Source: Epithemia pelagica
Lineage: Eukaryota; Protista; Bacillariophyta
DNA length: 64,000 nucleotides
Assembly: GCA_946965045.2 (NCBI GenBank)
Contig: OX337239.1
Coordinates: 248,001-312,000, forward strand
Direction: 5' to 3'
Position numbers and translations under genes: made by a program. The notes under the pieces were generated by a model. It had not been told where the DNA came from. It saw nothing but the letters and a program-made list of their open reading frames with translations, and did no database searches. Shown here in pieces: positions 1 through 11,719 of this stretch (the first letter of the stretch is position 1; every line of letters begins with the position of its first letter).

Positions 1-92
1 CTCCGATGCTTCTATACCACCTCCAAGAGCCATGAATGTACTCAAACGATAATACTTTAGTGTACCAAAGTCGTTTGTGCGACACCTGGTTG

Positions 93-545
93 TTGGAAAA
101 ACAAAATCCCAGCTTTGATTCAAAAGACATTTCCCACGTACCCAAGGTCGGCCGCCGACGGCCATGGGGATCTCTACCCCCAACTCGCATGAGGATAACG
201 GGAAACCCATGCACACCCGCGCCAATTTCCAAACATTGGAATATTTCAAAGTGTTCTCTTTCCACCAATCCTACCGAGGGTCCTAAACTCGTTGTTGGTC
301 TTTGGATCGGCGGGGCAGTCCTGTGGCGGATTGGTATCCATGGAGCTCAATTTGACCTTTGGAAAGAAAAGTCATTTTCTTGGACCTTGGATCTGGAGCA
401 TAGGTCTTACAGGATGCCAGATGACACCCGAGCTGTTGCGAGCCAACTCCACCAAGTTCACCGAGGGATTCATGAAAGTAGACTTGATCCTGGATGACAT
501 GAAGGAATGGTCCCAATACTTCCATGAAATACACACTGCAATGCG
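93..545 (-). pseudogene. Decayed, internally deleted copy of the 3' part of the BED-hAT transposase-like gene at 4301-6990
   Basis: DNA and peptide similarity to 4301-5050: IQDQVYFHESLGEL vs IQDEVYFNESLGEL; KTYAPDPRSKKM vs KAYALDPRSKKM; IELHGYQSATGLPRRSKDQQRV vs IELQEYQSAAGLPYRTKDKQRV. Contains deletions and frameshifts. Confidence 0.85.
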
Positions 546-2755
546 ATGCCAAGTTTGAATTGCACATACTATTTTCCGTTCCGTAGGATATAAAGGAAAC
601 CACACGCTTGGCGCATCACAGAGGATCGTCGCTTTTTCGTAGACAGGCATCCAAAACTATGCCGGGTTGGGGCCCTTTTGATGTCGGCATTCGTTTCGAC
701 TGTCAGCAGGAGAAACTCGGTTACCATGGATGTTTCCTTGTCCTTGGCAATCGAAGCATTTGCGGCAACCATCTTCTCATCATGGCGTGCGGTATTCTTG
801 TCCGCATAATCATCATAGTCTTCTTCTTCTTCTTGTTCCGTAACTGTGAGTTTGATAGAAAATGATGCTCCTCGTCGAGTGGCTTCCCAACACTGCCAAA
901 AAGTGAATCGCCAACCAAAAGCACACGCTCTGCCATTCCTGACAACGTTTCACTTCTGTGAAGACGCTTGTAGCGAGATACTACACATCATCGTGCATGG
1001 ACCGGATGAGTCAAGCCTTTTGGTTTCGAAGACTTCCACAGAGCCCTTGTCGAAAGATCGCTCCTGTCCTATCGCGGATCTATCGCGTAAAACCCAATCA
1101 CACTTTCGCGCAAGCCGGCATGCGATGATCGCCGGTCGGTGTAAAAGCAAGCCGAGACCACCTTTGAAAAAGCGATGGATGCCACACAATAACAAGCGGA
1201 AAAGTCTTTCTCTCGTCATCTTGTTTTCTTTTGATCCATCGACTATGGAATTTGGAATGGCTACTCAGGGCCAGGTTTCTACTGCTTGGCGTCGAGTCCC
1301 GATCAAGACAAATGATGAAACAATGGTTCTAGGCCATTGACATTGACCACACTCCTACCAATGCTGCTGCTGTAAAAAGTGTGCTAATTGAAAACTTGAC
1401 CAAGAGTTCGGTCTCGAACCATTCTTTGTCGTCCTTGACGACGGACCTATGTGATAGCGATGGTGCATGGTTAACACATCTGCATCGTGTGAACCTTTGG
1501 ACATATATTATCTTGCAGGGCTTGATGTGAATCGGTATCCTGGAGTGGTAAATGCGTCGATCCACAAGTCGAGCCAAATCACTCAAGAGAGGAATGTTTC
1601 TCTCACAGGCACTTGGTTCCATTCAAACCACCAAGCTAGTTTACAAGGAGATGTTGTTTCATTCGTTATTACCAAGGATTCATGTGTGGAGGTGCGACTG
1701 GGCAATCTTTTGTCGGTTTAGTCACCAGACCTTTGATTCACATGTCTTTCTAAAGAGCGTGCGTCAAATCCTCGTTGAGGAGGAAGAAGGAGACTTACCC
1801 ATCAACCCAGAGCAAACAGCGAATTTAAAACAGGAATCAAACGAGTCCTTTGCATGATTCTTCAGTGGTTCAGTGTGTGAGCATAAAGCTGCTCTTGAGT
1901 CGCCGCAACACCAAGGACCAAAGCAGCGATCCATTGTGCACTCAGACAAGAGCACTATGTGTGTGTGGGACAGGGCCGATTTCTTTCGAAATGGGCAGGG
2001 AATTCAAAGGACTCTATGCTTTCTAATATCTGCTGATCTGTCCTTCAGGAACCATGAAAAATGACGGAATTTGCCGCAACTAGTGGCCTCAAATTGTGCT
2101 AGTCACTCAATGACACATTTGCAATACTGGACTCGTTTGTGTTTGACCTTCTGGAACAAATATCAGTTAATACAGTATATTGCTTTCTTGACGAGATGTA
2201 CTACGCGAGACTGAGAGGTTGAAGGACCACATATTCGTGATGGGGCAAGCAAAAAGTAGCCAGGAATTCCATGATCTCCGCCAGCAGAATATGACACATC
2301 AAGATCAGAATACAGTACAACAGTACCACTTGATGCGAACTAATCTCGCTCTCGTTCTTTTCTGAAAACCGTGGACCAAACTGCTGGTGTGATGGATTTC
2401 GATTGGTCGGTCGGCTTGCGATCAGGTTCCGCACCTCTTTTGTTCTCTTCGTGGCGTGCGCGTTGACACTCAACAAAGCAAACTTGTTCATGAAAGGATG
2501 GCTTTGTATCCACAGATACCAAAAACCATCCATGTGCGTGTGTACCGTGGAGCAGTCTACGCCAACTTCCACAGAGTCTCTCGCATCGTCATGTGGGAGC
2601 GGGAACGAAACAAAGCTGGGAACGAAAGCAAGCAACGAAACACGCTCCAATGGACGAATCGGACCCATCACACCTGCGATTCAAAGGGGTGCAATGCCAA
2701 GAGTGACAAAACGCAACATCACTCGAAACGATCACCTGAACAAAGGATCATCATA

Positions 2756-3844
2756 ATGGACAAACATGAAAAAGCGTTTCTGTCAGGACTTGTGTTTGTC
2801 AATGACAAAGACAAAGCAAGTCCCATTTGGAGGCCATCCAGTTGGCCTCCACTGTTGGGAGGGAATCGGATACACCACACGTCGAATGTTGTGCATGATC
2901 CATCCTCGAACCACGTCAAGAACGTGGTGATACTCGGAGGACTCATGCTGGAAATTTCCGCCGATTACACAAATTCGGTGATTCTTCTCAATGTTCATCG
3001 TACGAAGTGGCAAGAAGGACCACCTATGAAAGAAAGACGGATCAATCATGCCTCGGTGGTATGCAATGGCGCTGTTTACGCCATTGGTGGAGACAACGGC
3101 TCATCTTACTTGGACTCGATTGAACGCATCAATGTTGAGGAGTTGATTCAACATTCATCATCATCTTCCACTAGCAGCGCGAATGGATGGACGATGTTGA
3201 ACTGTCGTTTGTCAATGAAACGAAAAGGGTGTGCCGCGGCTGTTGTACACGACAGATTTATTGTGGTGGCAGGGGGCTACAATGGAAATAATTATTTATC
3301 ATCTGTTGACATCCTCGACACGGCCTTTGGAAATTCATGTTTGGTCATATCTGGACCATCGATGGAAAAATATCGATGCTATTTTGGAATGGCTGTGATT
3401 GGTCGACGCATCTATGCTGTTTGCGGGTGGCGCTATTCGAACTCGGTCGAATATCTGGAGTTTGATGACTTGTTGGACAAGAAAGCGAATAGTGCAACAT
3501 CTGTGTTCCCATGGTCCAAGTCCTGGACGATACACAAGGATCTTAGACTGAAGTCGTGTCCTGGGCGACATGCTGTAGTCCGAGTGGGCTCCTGTCTTGT
3601 TTTTGCAGGAGACCTCACGACGAACAACAGCAGTGAACAATCACGTTCTGTGCAAGTTCTTGATGTTGTGAAAAATGTTGTTTGGAGGCTTCCGGATATG
3701 AGAGTGACAAGGTCTGGTTGTAGCATGGTGTCTTTGTTGAATGGCATTGCTGTGATCGGTGGACATGTAACACTGTCACTGGTGGACAAGAACAGTTGGC
3801 TATTTGCTCGTTTGTTGGCCATCGGCAAAGTTCCAACCGAATAA
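2756..3844 (+). CDS. Kelch-repeat (beta-propeller) protein
   Basis: Repeated Kelch motifs: VVILGG, RINHASVVCNGAVYAIGG..SIERI, RKGCAAAVVHDRFIVVAGG, RCYFGMAVIGRRIYAVCG..SVEYL, HAVVRVGSCLVFAG. Start placed at ATG 2756 (MDKHEK), within the track ORF 2456-3844. Confidence 0.85.
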   Translation: MDKHEKAFLSGLVFVNDKDKASPIWRPSSWPPLLGGNRIHHTSNVVHDPSSNHVKNVVILGGLMLEISADYTNSVILLNVHRTKWQEGPPMKERRINHASVVCNGAVYAIGGDNGSSYLDSIERINVEELIQHSSSSSTSSANGWTMLNCRLSMKRKGCAAAVVHDRFIVVAGGYNGNNYLSSVDILDTAFGNSCLVISGPSMEKYRCYFGMAVIGRRIYAVCGWRYSNSVEYLEFDDLLDKKANSATSVFPWSKSWTIHKDLRLKSCPGRHAVVRVGSCLVFAGDLTTNNSSEQSRSVQVLDVVKNVVWRLPDMRVTRSGCSMVSLLNGIAVIGGHVTLSLVDKNSWLFARLLAIGKVPTE

Positions 3845-4300
3845 GAGGAACGCGTGCGTCGAACGATAGCAAGTAAAAAAATTTTCAATCTTTGATTCCG
3901 AGCTCCAAGTATTAACGTTTAGCCAGTTTTTATTGTGGGTACTATGGGTCATCGCGTGATAGATTCGTTGTCAAGCACTCTCACTCGTGCAGAAGATGAC
4001 GCTGGCAGGTTCGAGAAACTTGTCTTTGCTCTCGTCTCACAGGTGATGGGGTCTTCACATTTGGGCAATGGATCACCGTTCTTGAAACTATACGGCTTCC
4101 TTACGTACCACTTTGGATTTCTCACATCTCTCCGACTTGATGCTATCGTTGGTACAAACGTCGTTTGTGCTACACACCCAGCGACAAGGAATTGTTGGAC
4201 ACGTATAATACTTAGTATACATACAATTCGAGAGACCGCGTGTGTCTTTCGTAGAACTATCTATCTTGTGTGTTGTGTTGTTGTTGTTGTTGTTGTCCTT

Positions 4301-6990
4301 TTACTGAAAGACAAAATCCCAGTTTTGATTCAAGAAATGGACATCCCCCACATCCCCCAGGTCGGCCACGGACGACGATTGCGGCGATGGCAATGCGGTA
4401 ATACTCAAGGTCCGGCCCGACTCGCACGACGAGGCCGGAAAGCCCAAATAGAGTCGTGCCAATTTCCACACATTGGGATACTTCGTGGTATTCTCTTTCC
4501 ACCAATCCTGAAGAGGATCGTACACTCGTTGTTTGTCCTTGGTGCGGTAGGGCAGTCCGGCGGCCGATTGGTATTCTTGAAGCTCAATCTTGACCTTGGT
4601 CGTCCACATGACTGTATCCAACCCATTCATGGCGGAAGGCGGACCCAGCTCTTCCACATCCTCTTCATATTCGTCCATCCAACTCGTGTCCATGCCGTTC
4701 ATCGTGGCGGATGCTGATTGGTTTTCCTTGACGCCCTCCGTCTCAGAGTGTTGTGGCTCTCCTCCCTCCGTTTCCCCCAGAGCCACGAGTTCGGTCAAAA
4801 TGGCGTCCCATACTCGGGTTTTGCACTCTTCGGTCAGACAGGGCATTTTCTTGGACCGGGGATCGAGCGCATAGGCCTTGTAAAAGGCCGGATGCAATCC
4901 CATGCGCTGTTGTTGCGCGCCAACTCCCCCTTGTCCTTCCTCATCCGCGGTGTGATGGTGAAAGCCATCCTTGACATTGCCCAACCGGCCTTGGAGAATG
5001 GCCCTCATTTCCTTGACCAGTTCGCCGAGCGATTCATTAAAGTAGACTTCATCCTGAATGGCCGAAAGGTTTCGTTCCATATTGGTAATAATGGGAATCA
5101 CAATGGAGGACGTGACACAGTCAGGCTCGGATAATTGTTTTTGGGCCGTCTTGAAGGGTCCCAACAAAATGGTGAGTTGATTCAAGGCACTCCATTCATC
5201 CGTCGACAAGGGTTGGGGCAACTTGTAATGGCACGGTCCACCACCATGTTTGGGTTTGGTCGTGGCCCATTGTTTGAGCATTTCCGTATCATGGTCGCCA
5301 AAAAATTTTTGAATACTCGTCTTGACTTGGAGCATGCGTTCGACCGATTCCAGCGTCGACCACCATCGCGTCACTTCGTCCCGGACCAAGGAGTGAATGG
5401 TTCCACCACCACCACCACCACTACCTGGTTGCTGTGGAACTTGCTGCATGCACTGTTCCAAGGCTTGCAGTGCGGGCGGTGATTTGTGAAAAAAGGAAAT
5501 GATGCGTCGCATCTTTTGCATGACCGACATGGAGGAGACAGGAACCGTATCGTCCTCCATATCATCATCATCGTCGTCATCGGTATATACATCATCAACG
5601 GTTCCCAAGACTTGACCCAAGGGTTGAGCATTAAAGGCCAGGTTGGCCACGAGCTGTGGTGGTACGAGTTCCAAAAACATACAGACACGAGAGAGAAACA
5701 GAGAGACAGAGACATATAGAGAGAATAGAAAAGGAATATATAGATGTGTGTGTTGTGTCAGAGAAAGAGAGAAACCTGGAGGCTTGATTCCCAACGGTCC
5801 GAGAAAAAGAACAATTACACAACAACTGTGTCGCGTACCTGAATGACATGATCCATACAATAGACATGATCTTGACGGTCACAGTCCACGACGTGGACAC
5901 CGGCCAATTGGAAATTGGCGGCCGTATCGGACACGAGGAATCGTGCGTGAGGAATCTTCCATTCCAGACATTTGGGTTGCACGTGGATGCGAATGCGTTC
6001 GGCCGATGTGGCACCATGATACTGATAGAGTCCCAGAACGGCACTTTGAATGGAAAAGTCGTCATCGATAAAGTGCGCCGTCAAACAGGCATAGGTATTG
6101 CCCCGTCGACTCGTCCAATGATCGGTAGCCAAGGCAATCGTCTTGTCGTGCAAGCGGTGTTGAAGTTTCTCGCGGCCTTCCTTGGCCAAAAAGGTGGTGA
6201 GTTCCGACACTTTGCGGGCATCAAAGTCATAATTGGCTCCCACCTTGGCACATTCGGCAATGCCATGTCGCAACGTGTCAAAGGAGGGAGTGTCAAAGAC
6301 CGATAGAGGTGTCAGAGTTTGCACATGAAACTGGACATGAGCATTCAAACACTTGAGCGACAAGTCTTCTTTGGCACGGTTGGATTTGGCCGTCGGAGGA
6401 GGACTGGCCAAGGGAGCCGTTGGTATTGTGGCGCCGGCAGCAGCAGCGGCGGTGGTGGCCGTTGCGGATGCTATCATGGGCGGAGCTTTGGATTTGCGAG
6501 GCGCCCCAATGGTGCGAATGACGGGTGATTTTTTGCCGCCCTTGACGGCCAAGGAGGATTTTTCGAGATCGACGCCCAATTTGGCCGCCGTGGCGTAGTA
6601 AAGGGCCTTGTGCAAGGAACTTCGCATGTGCTTGTCCATGGAGGAGTAGCCGCGTTTGTCAATAATAATGGAGGCGCCACAGAGATTGCACACGGCCGAT
6701 TTGACTTGAGTTTGATGGACCGTCCCATCGGGATGCATCCGTTGAACGTCCTTGGTGCCAATGTGAAAGAAATTCCAATATAAGGACATTTTTTGCGCAT
6801 CGGGCACTTGCAAACCGAGACCGGTCATGGACGGATGAGGTTTGGTCACGTCCAAGTCCATACCCGTATTCGGATCCTGAATGACAATGGGCATTCGTTG
6901 ATACTTGGCCGATGCGACGGGTAGCTTCATGGCGCGCTGATGTTGTTGTTTGCTATTGTGGTGGTTGCGATCATTTTTGCTCGTCCCCAT
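4301..6990 (-). CDS. BED zinc finger + hAT transposase-derived protein, two exons (6990-5839, 5653-4301); probably domesticated
   Basis: BED finger (YWNFF..CNLC..H..H), TDHWTS (D1), VSDTAAN (D2), CMDH motif and C-terminal hATC region (WWKEN..YPNVWKLARLYLGFPASS). The GT..AG intron 5838-5654 rejoins HVIQ|LVANLAF in frame. The SER motif reads SGR. No TIRs or TSD recognised. Confidence 0.85.
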
Positions 6991-7806
6991 TTTAGACTTG
7001 TGTGTATTGTAGAATGTTCCCTCTTTGATATGTTCCCACTGTTACGGACAGTCTCTCTCCCTCTTTTCTTGGATCCACAACGTCGCTCTCCAGAGTCTCA
7101 TAAGTCGATCATCGACAGGAAAAAATTGAAAAACCACACGAAAAAGGGGCATCGCCATTTTTTCAGAGATGATGGTTCGACGTGGCACTATACCGTGAAC
7201 TGTAGCTACGACATTTGGATCACTGTCTGGTGTGGTGTCGGGATGCTCTAGCACCTCGAGTTATAATAGCGATTGTAGCGTGCCTCCTTGAACCTCTCTT
7301 CCATAGCTAGCTGGCTATAGCGAGGTGTGTTCCGGTCGTCCACAACGAGGATTCCTTCCACGATACTATAGCATACAAAGAATACGAAAGGATGCCGACC
7401 GTTTGGCCCTTGTTGTTGTTGTTGTTGACGGTGGCGAAATGGTTGTTTCGCGGAGCTAGCTAGTACCATAGACGTGGAAGAAGGGTGTGGTACTTGGTTG
7501 GTTCCGTTCGATACTAGGTTTGTGGATCCACCGATGCTTCCCAGCAAGCACCATAGGAGGAGAATGTGCCAAATCATTACGATTGGTTCCATCCTCTGTC
7601 CGAATGGGGACCTTTTTCGTACGCGGCTTTGGTACAAGAGGTTGAGACGACGACAAAGACATGGTGAACGGGACCCCGAGTTTCGGGATTCGAACTGTCA
7701 ACTGTGAGTAGTAAGAGTCATGATAGGCCCAATGTTGGACCTGGGCAAGCGCCCAAAGCCCTCAGCAGTTTTGCTCGTGGACGCGGAAGCTGAACAAAAG
7801 TACCAT

Positions 7807-7906
7807 CTTCAGAAGTTTATATTCGTTTGCCGATGTAGTTTGTGTGTCATGTTGATTGCAACAAGACACACAAATTGCATCGGCACACGAATACATCCTT
7901 CTGAAG
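7807..7906. repeat. Imperfect inverted repeat (about 48-bp arms, 4-nt loop)
   Basis: 7807-7854 pairs with 7859-7906 with about 8 mismatches. The ORF track shows near-identical peptides on both strands (FVCRCSLCV / FVCRCNLCV). Confidence 0.8.
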
Positions 7907-8529
7907 TTGGGCATGGAGACTCAGAGCAACTTCCTCTGCTTTGGGAACTCGAACTTCTGTCGGTCTCGCTTGTGTGACGTTCCGACATGGAATTTCTACC
8001 AGTTCAGCTACGGGTGGTCCCGGACGCAACCTTCAGGGTTGTGTTTGGTATATATTCCCTGTAGATATATTCTCAGGATATGTAGTCCTTTCCCGGAACG
8101 GGACAACAAATAATAATCTCTCCCGCTCCATCAGTCTCGAGACTCCAGACCACCCAGACTCCAGACCAAAGCACAAAGATTTCATCCCATTGTGGAAGGC
8201 ACAACGGGGGCGCAGCAGGGAGCACTATATCCAAAAGTCTCTAGGAGTATGTACCGTTAGCTAGTTAGAGGAAAGCTCCTCTCGTGATTCTTTGGATAGT
8301 AGTTGAGGTAGCTTTCCCATGGATCGGGGAAATCGAAGAGGAGTATCAGATGGATTGTACCAGTATACCATCTTTCTGTAGAGGGGCACTCCCGAAGATT
8401 GTCGAACATCACAGGATTCGTAGGATGCATTGTTGATGACAAGAAAAGAGTGTAACTTGATACTCTTAGAACCAACAACATTCTCTCCGCTCTCTTCTAG
8501 ATACACTTCACTTGACGACAGTTGGCAGT

Positions 8530-9855
8530 ATGTATTCGGATTTGTTTGATCAATTGGGTGGTCGAGGAGCTGGCGGCGGTGGCAATCGCTCCTCCGAGAA
8601 CAACAACACGAGCAGTCGAGCCGCCCAAGGCCCCCCGCCCTTGGTGGCACTCAAGGCGGGCAAACTCACCTTGACGCCCTCTTCCACCACCACCGAATCA
8701 TCATCTTTGTCGTATCGCTGCGTCGCGGATCCCCGTCGAGGAGAAATTCGATTGGTCTATCAAGCCGATGCCGGTGGGTTGACCTGGCAATGGTACGATC
8801 GTCGCGACGAAACCGTGGTGGATACCTATCCTCTTTCCACCACCACGACGTCGTCATATGGCAGTTTGGACCGGGTCCCCTTGACGGGCAAACGTCACGA
8901 ACGAGATCGCATCTATGTCTGGTCGCGACCACAAGAAGAAGAACCACCCGAGACCACCACTACCAATACTACTCCTGCCATGGACTATGACATGTATTGG
9001 ATGCAAGACGAATCGACCGAACAGGAAGACGCCTTGATTCAGGAACTCAATTCCTACTTGGCCAATCCTGCCAAGGCGGCGGCAAACAACACCAATGCGC
9101 CAGGAACCACGTCCACCACCACCACGGGGAGTGGTGCCGTTGCCACGACGAGTACGGGCAATGCGGCCACGAGCACCACCACCACCAGCAACAACACTAC
9201 CAATAACAACAATTCGTTGCAAGTGGATGCCTTGTCGACCATTTTGGAAAATTTGGGCATGCCGCAGCCCACGGCCGGCGGCACCAGCAATACTGCGGCA
9301 AGTGGAACGGGCACCTTGACCTTGGCCGATTTGCAAGGGGCCATGGCGCAAATGCAGCAGCAGCCACCATCGTCAACATCACCGCCCGTGGCCATTCCCT
9401 TGACCGAAGTGGTGACACCGGCCGCCATTACGGCCTTGCTGGAATCGGACGATCCCACGGTCCGACAACGTTTGGCGGCCTTGTTGCCCTCCTCCTCGGA
9501 GGACGGCAACAATTCATCCGAGCAAACCTTGGCGGACAATTTACGATCGCCCCAAGTCCAACAAACCTTGCGAAGTTTGACGCAAGCCTTGTTGCCCGAT
9601 GATCATGGCAATGTCGATGGATTCTTGTCCGTCTTGGCCAATTTTCAATTAAATGGCAACAACAACAATAATAGTAATTTGACACCCCAAGCCATGGCCA
9701 ATCCCATTCAAGCCTTTTTGGATGCCATTCAAGAATCCGTCCAAGAGAACACTGCTACTACGACTGCACCAGCCGCAGACACGGAGGGGGGAGAGTCCAA
9801 AGAAGAAGACCAACAAGAGGAAAAGAGTGATGATCCCATGGACGAAGGCAACTAG
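8530..9855 (+). CDS. RPN13: Proteasomal ubiquitin receptor RPN13/ADRM1
   Basis: N-terminal Pru domain (LKAGKL..ADPRRGEIRL..WQWYDR..RIYVW..YWMQD) and C-terminal DEUBAD-like region (NLRSPQVQQTLRSLTQAL). First ATG at 8530. Confidence 0.9.
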   Translation: MYSDLFDQLGGRGAGGGGNRSSENNNTSSRAAQGPPPLVALKAGKLTLTPSSTTTESSSLSYRCVADPRRGEIRLVYQADAGGLTWQWYDRRDETVVDTYPLSTTTTSSYGSLDRVPLTGKRHERDRIYVWSRPQEEEPPETTTTNTTPAMDYDMYWMQDESTEQEDALIQELNSYLANPAKAAANNTNAPGTTSTTTTGSGAVATTSTGNAATSTTTTSNNTTNNNNSLQVDALSTILENLGMPQPTAGGTSNTAASGTGTLTLADLQGAMAQMQQQPPSSTSPPVAIPLTEVVTPAAITALLESDDPTVRQRLAALLPSSSEDGNNSSEQTLADNLRSPQVQQTLRSLTQALLPDDHGNVDGFLSVLANFQLNGNNNNNSNLTPQAMANPIQAFLDAIQESVQENTATTTAPAADTEGGESKEEDQQEEKSDDPMDEGN

Positions 9856-10105
9856 GTAGCCTCCTAGAACGACGATCTAGTTCCAAAGAAGAATTCCAAC
9901 CAACAAACCGAACTGGCGCCGTCGGTTGCGGTTTCCCTCGTAGAGTCATAGTCTGCCAGTAGAATAGCAACACCCAAAGGAATGTGGTCTCATTCGGGTG
10001 GTGTTGCACTCTCTCTATAATAATACTCCTATTCGAATACACCCGTTTGCCCACACACGCACACGGAACCGACTCTCTTCGAATAGCTAGTCGAGTATAG
10101 ATACC

Positions 10106-10233
10106 CGATAGAGGTTTGGACAGTGCCGCAGTTCCGTGTTGGCAATCTCGTGGGCGCAAAGGTTGGGTATCGATAGAGGTTTGGATGGTGCCGAAGTTCC
10201 GTGTTGGCAATCTCGTGGGCAAGGGTTGGGTAT
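10106..10233. repeat. 65-bp tandem duplication followed by a poly-C run
   Basis: CGATAGAGGTTTGGA..GTTCCGTGTTGGCAATCTCGTGGGC..GGTTGGGTAT starts at 10106 and again at 10171. Confidence 0.85.
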
Positions 10234-10519
10234 ATCCGCCCCCCCCCCCCCCCCCAATTCGACACCAAACTACCTATTATACTACCACCAAAAGACGAAT
10301 CCGCCATGTGACGGAAGGTGCTGGGGTAAAGACCATGGGACTCCAAGAAGTACGTTCAAGTGGTCATGGCCGCCGGAGCTAGTGCATTAGGAGTACTACT
10401 AATAGCTACCCCCTTGCGGAGAGTGAGTCGCATAGTAGAGTCCAGTCTTGGAGCGCGCCTGTCGAGCCGATGTGTTCCGGACGATAGGCTCGTTCACGAA
10501 CATACAAGACCCACTGGAG

Positions 10520-11050
10520 CTGATTTTACCGCTTACATGGTTACTTTATCCCATTGCAATTTGCAATTCATCAAATTCCAGGTACTCCACAGAGTTCTTC
10601 AGTTCTTCGCTATGTCCTGGAAGAATGACACGGATATCCCCCAACCACATTTAGACAAGATCCTACTCGGACCATGCTATGGTCGAGTGGGGTCTCACTC
10701 GGACCATGGTTTGGTCGCAGTTGGAGCTTGTCTAATTGTGGTTGCAGGATATTGCCCGACAACGGAACTCTACATGACCAGTCATCAAGTTCAATGTATT
10801 CAACGGAGTCCTTCGCCATGTCCTGGAAGGTTGACATGGATCTTGTTCTTGGTAATGCTCGACTTGACCATGGTATGGTCAAGGTGGGATCTTGTATCGT
10901 TGTGGTTGGAGGACGGTGCCAGAAAAGTCCAAGCGTTCTGCTTAGATTTTGGACACGCACCGGAACCATGTATGGCGGCTCGCAGAATTGGTCAAGCACT
11001 TTCTTCTGTGGTTGATGTTTCAAGCGGCATTGCAGCGATAAACCGCTACA
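10520..11050. pseudogene. Scrambled Kelch-gene remnant with fragments on both strands
   Basis: Minus strand: NSVEYLEFD, DSVEYIELDD, HSMVRVGSCLNVVGG. Plus strand: DHGLVAVGACLIVVAG, SWKVDMDLVLGNARLDHGMVKVGSCIVVVGG. All match motifs of the intact Kelch gene at 2756-3844. Confidence 0.75.
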
Positions 11051-11719
11051 GTTTTTATGAAGCGTTTTGGTCAATAGTAGAAAGTGTTTCAACCCGACCA
11101 GACTCCACTGCGAAAAGAACAATAGTAATAGTTTGCGGAAATGCCCAGAAGTGTCGGACTTATATTTGTCGGACACGGCCAGACTCATGCATTTTGCTCA
11201 TCGGATGGTGAGCTATCATTGGAACAGAGAGCCATGCAGTACCAAGTTTGGGTGGTGGAATTCATTGATTGCTGCTGTGAATCTACTAATGATAAAGCCA
11301 TCTAGCACCTAAACTCGACAAAAGATAGAACCCTCTTTCATGCTTTCCTTTTCTAAGTTATCTACCTACTTGTTTTGGTCTGACCATACGGTGCGTCTCT
11401 CATTCTGTTTCGATTGTCTTACTAATACTCTAGGTACATACCACACCGGTGTGTGAGGCCGTTTCTCTCTTTGTTCGTTGCGGGAAAAAGAACAAACGTA
11501 AAGAAGCCGTGCCAACGAGCGAGCATCCTGGTCGTGTGAATTGCTCCATTTGCTTCTGGGTTCCAAGCGGCAAGCATTCTTCGTGATTGTTTGGGTTGAG
11601 ACTGGGAAATGAGACAAAGCACACTTGTAGCCTGCCGTTGTACGTTTGAGCTGGGTTCACCGCACTCTCATAGGAGACTAAAGAACCATCCTTTCCAAAC
11701 AAGAGAGGCAATCCACCGA

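Noticed and set aside
600-2100. Short ORFs as a Kelch or other gene remnant
   Set aside because: Only faint resemblance (e.g. SVEVFET); no consistent frame or motif series.
3935-5719. Plus-strand ORFs overlapping the hAT gene, and similar antisense ORFs over ureG, the repeat protein, pol and the recombinase
   Set aside because: These are shadow frames of GC-balanced or low-complexity coding DNA with no independent motifs.
7248-7637. Secreted small protein (MEPIVMIWHILLLWCLLG...)
   Set aside because: A signal-peptide-like stretch only, with no domain or other support; could be a fragment or chance.
10106-10233. CRISPR-like array (also considered for 31384-31488)
   Set aside because: Only two adjacent copies, no unique spacers, no cas genes, and a eukaryotic context.
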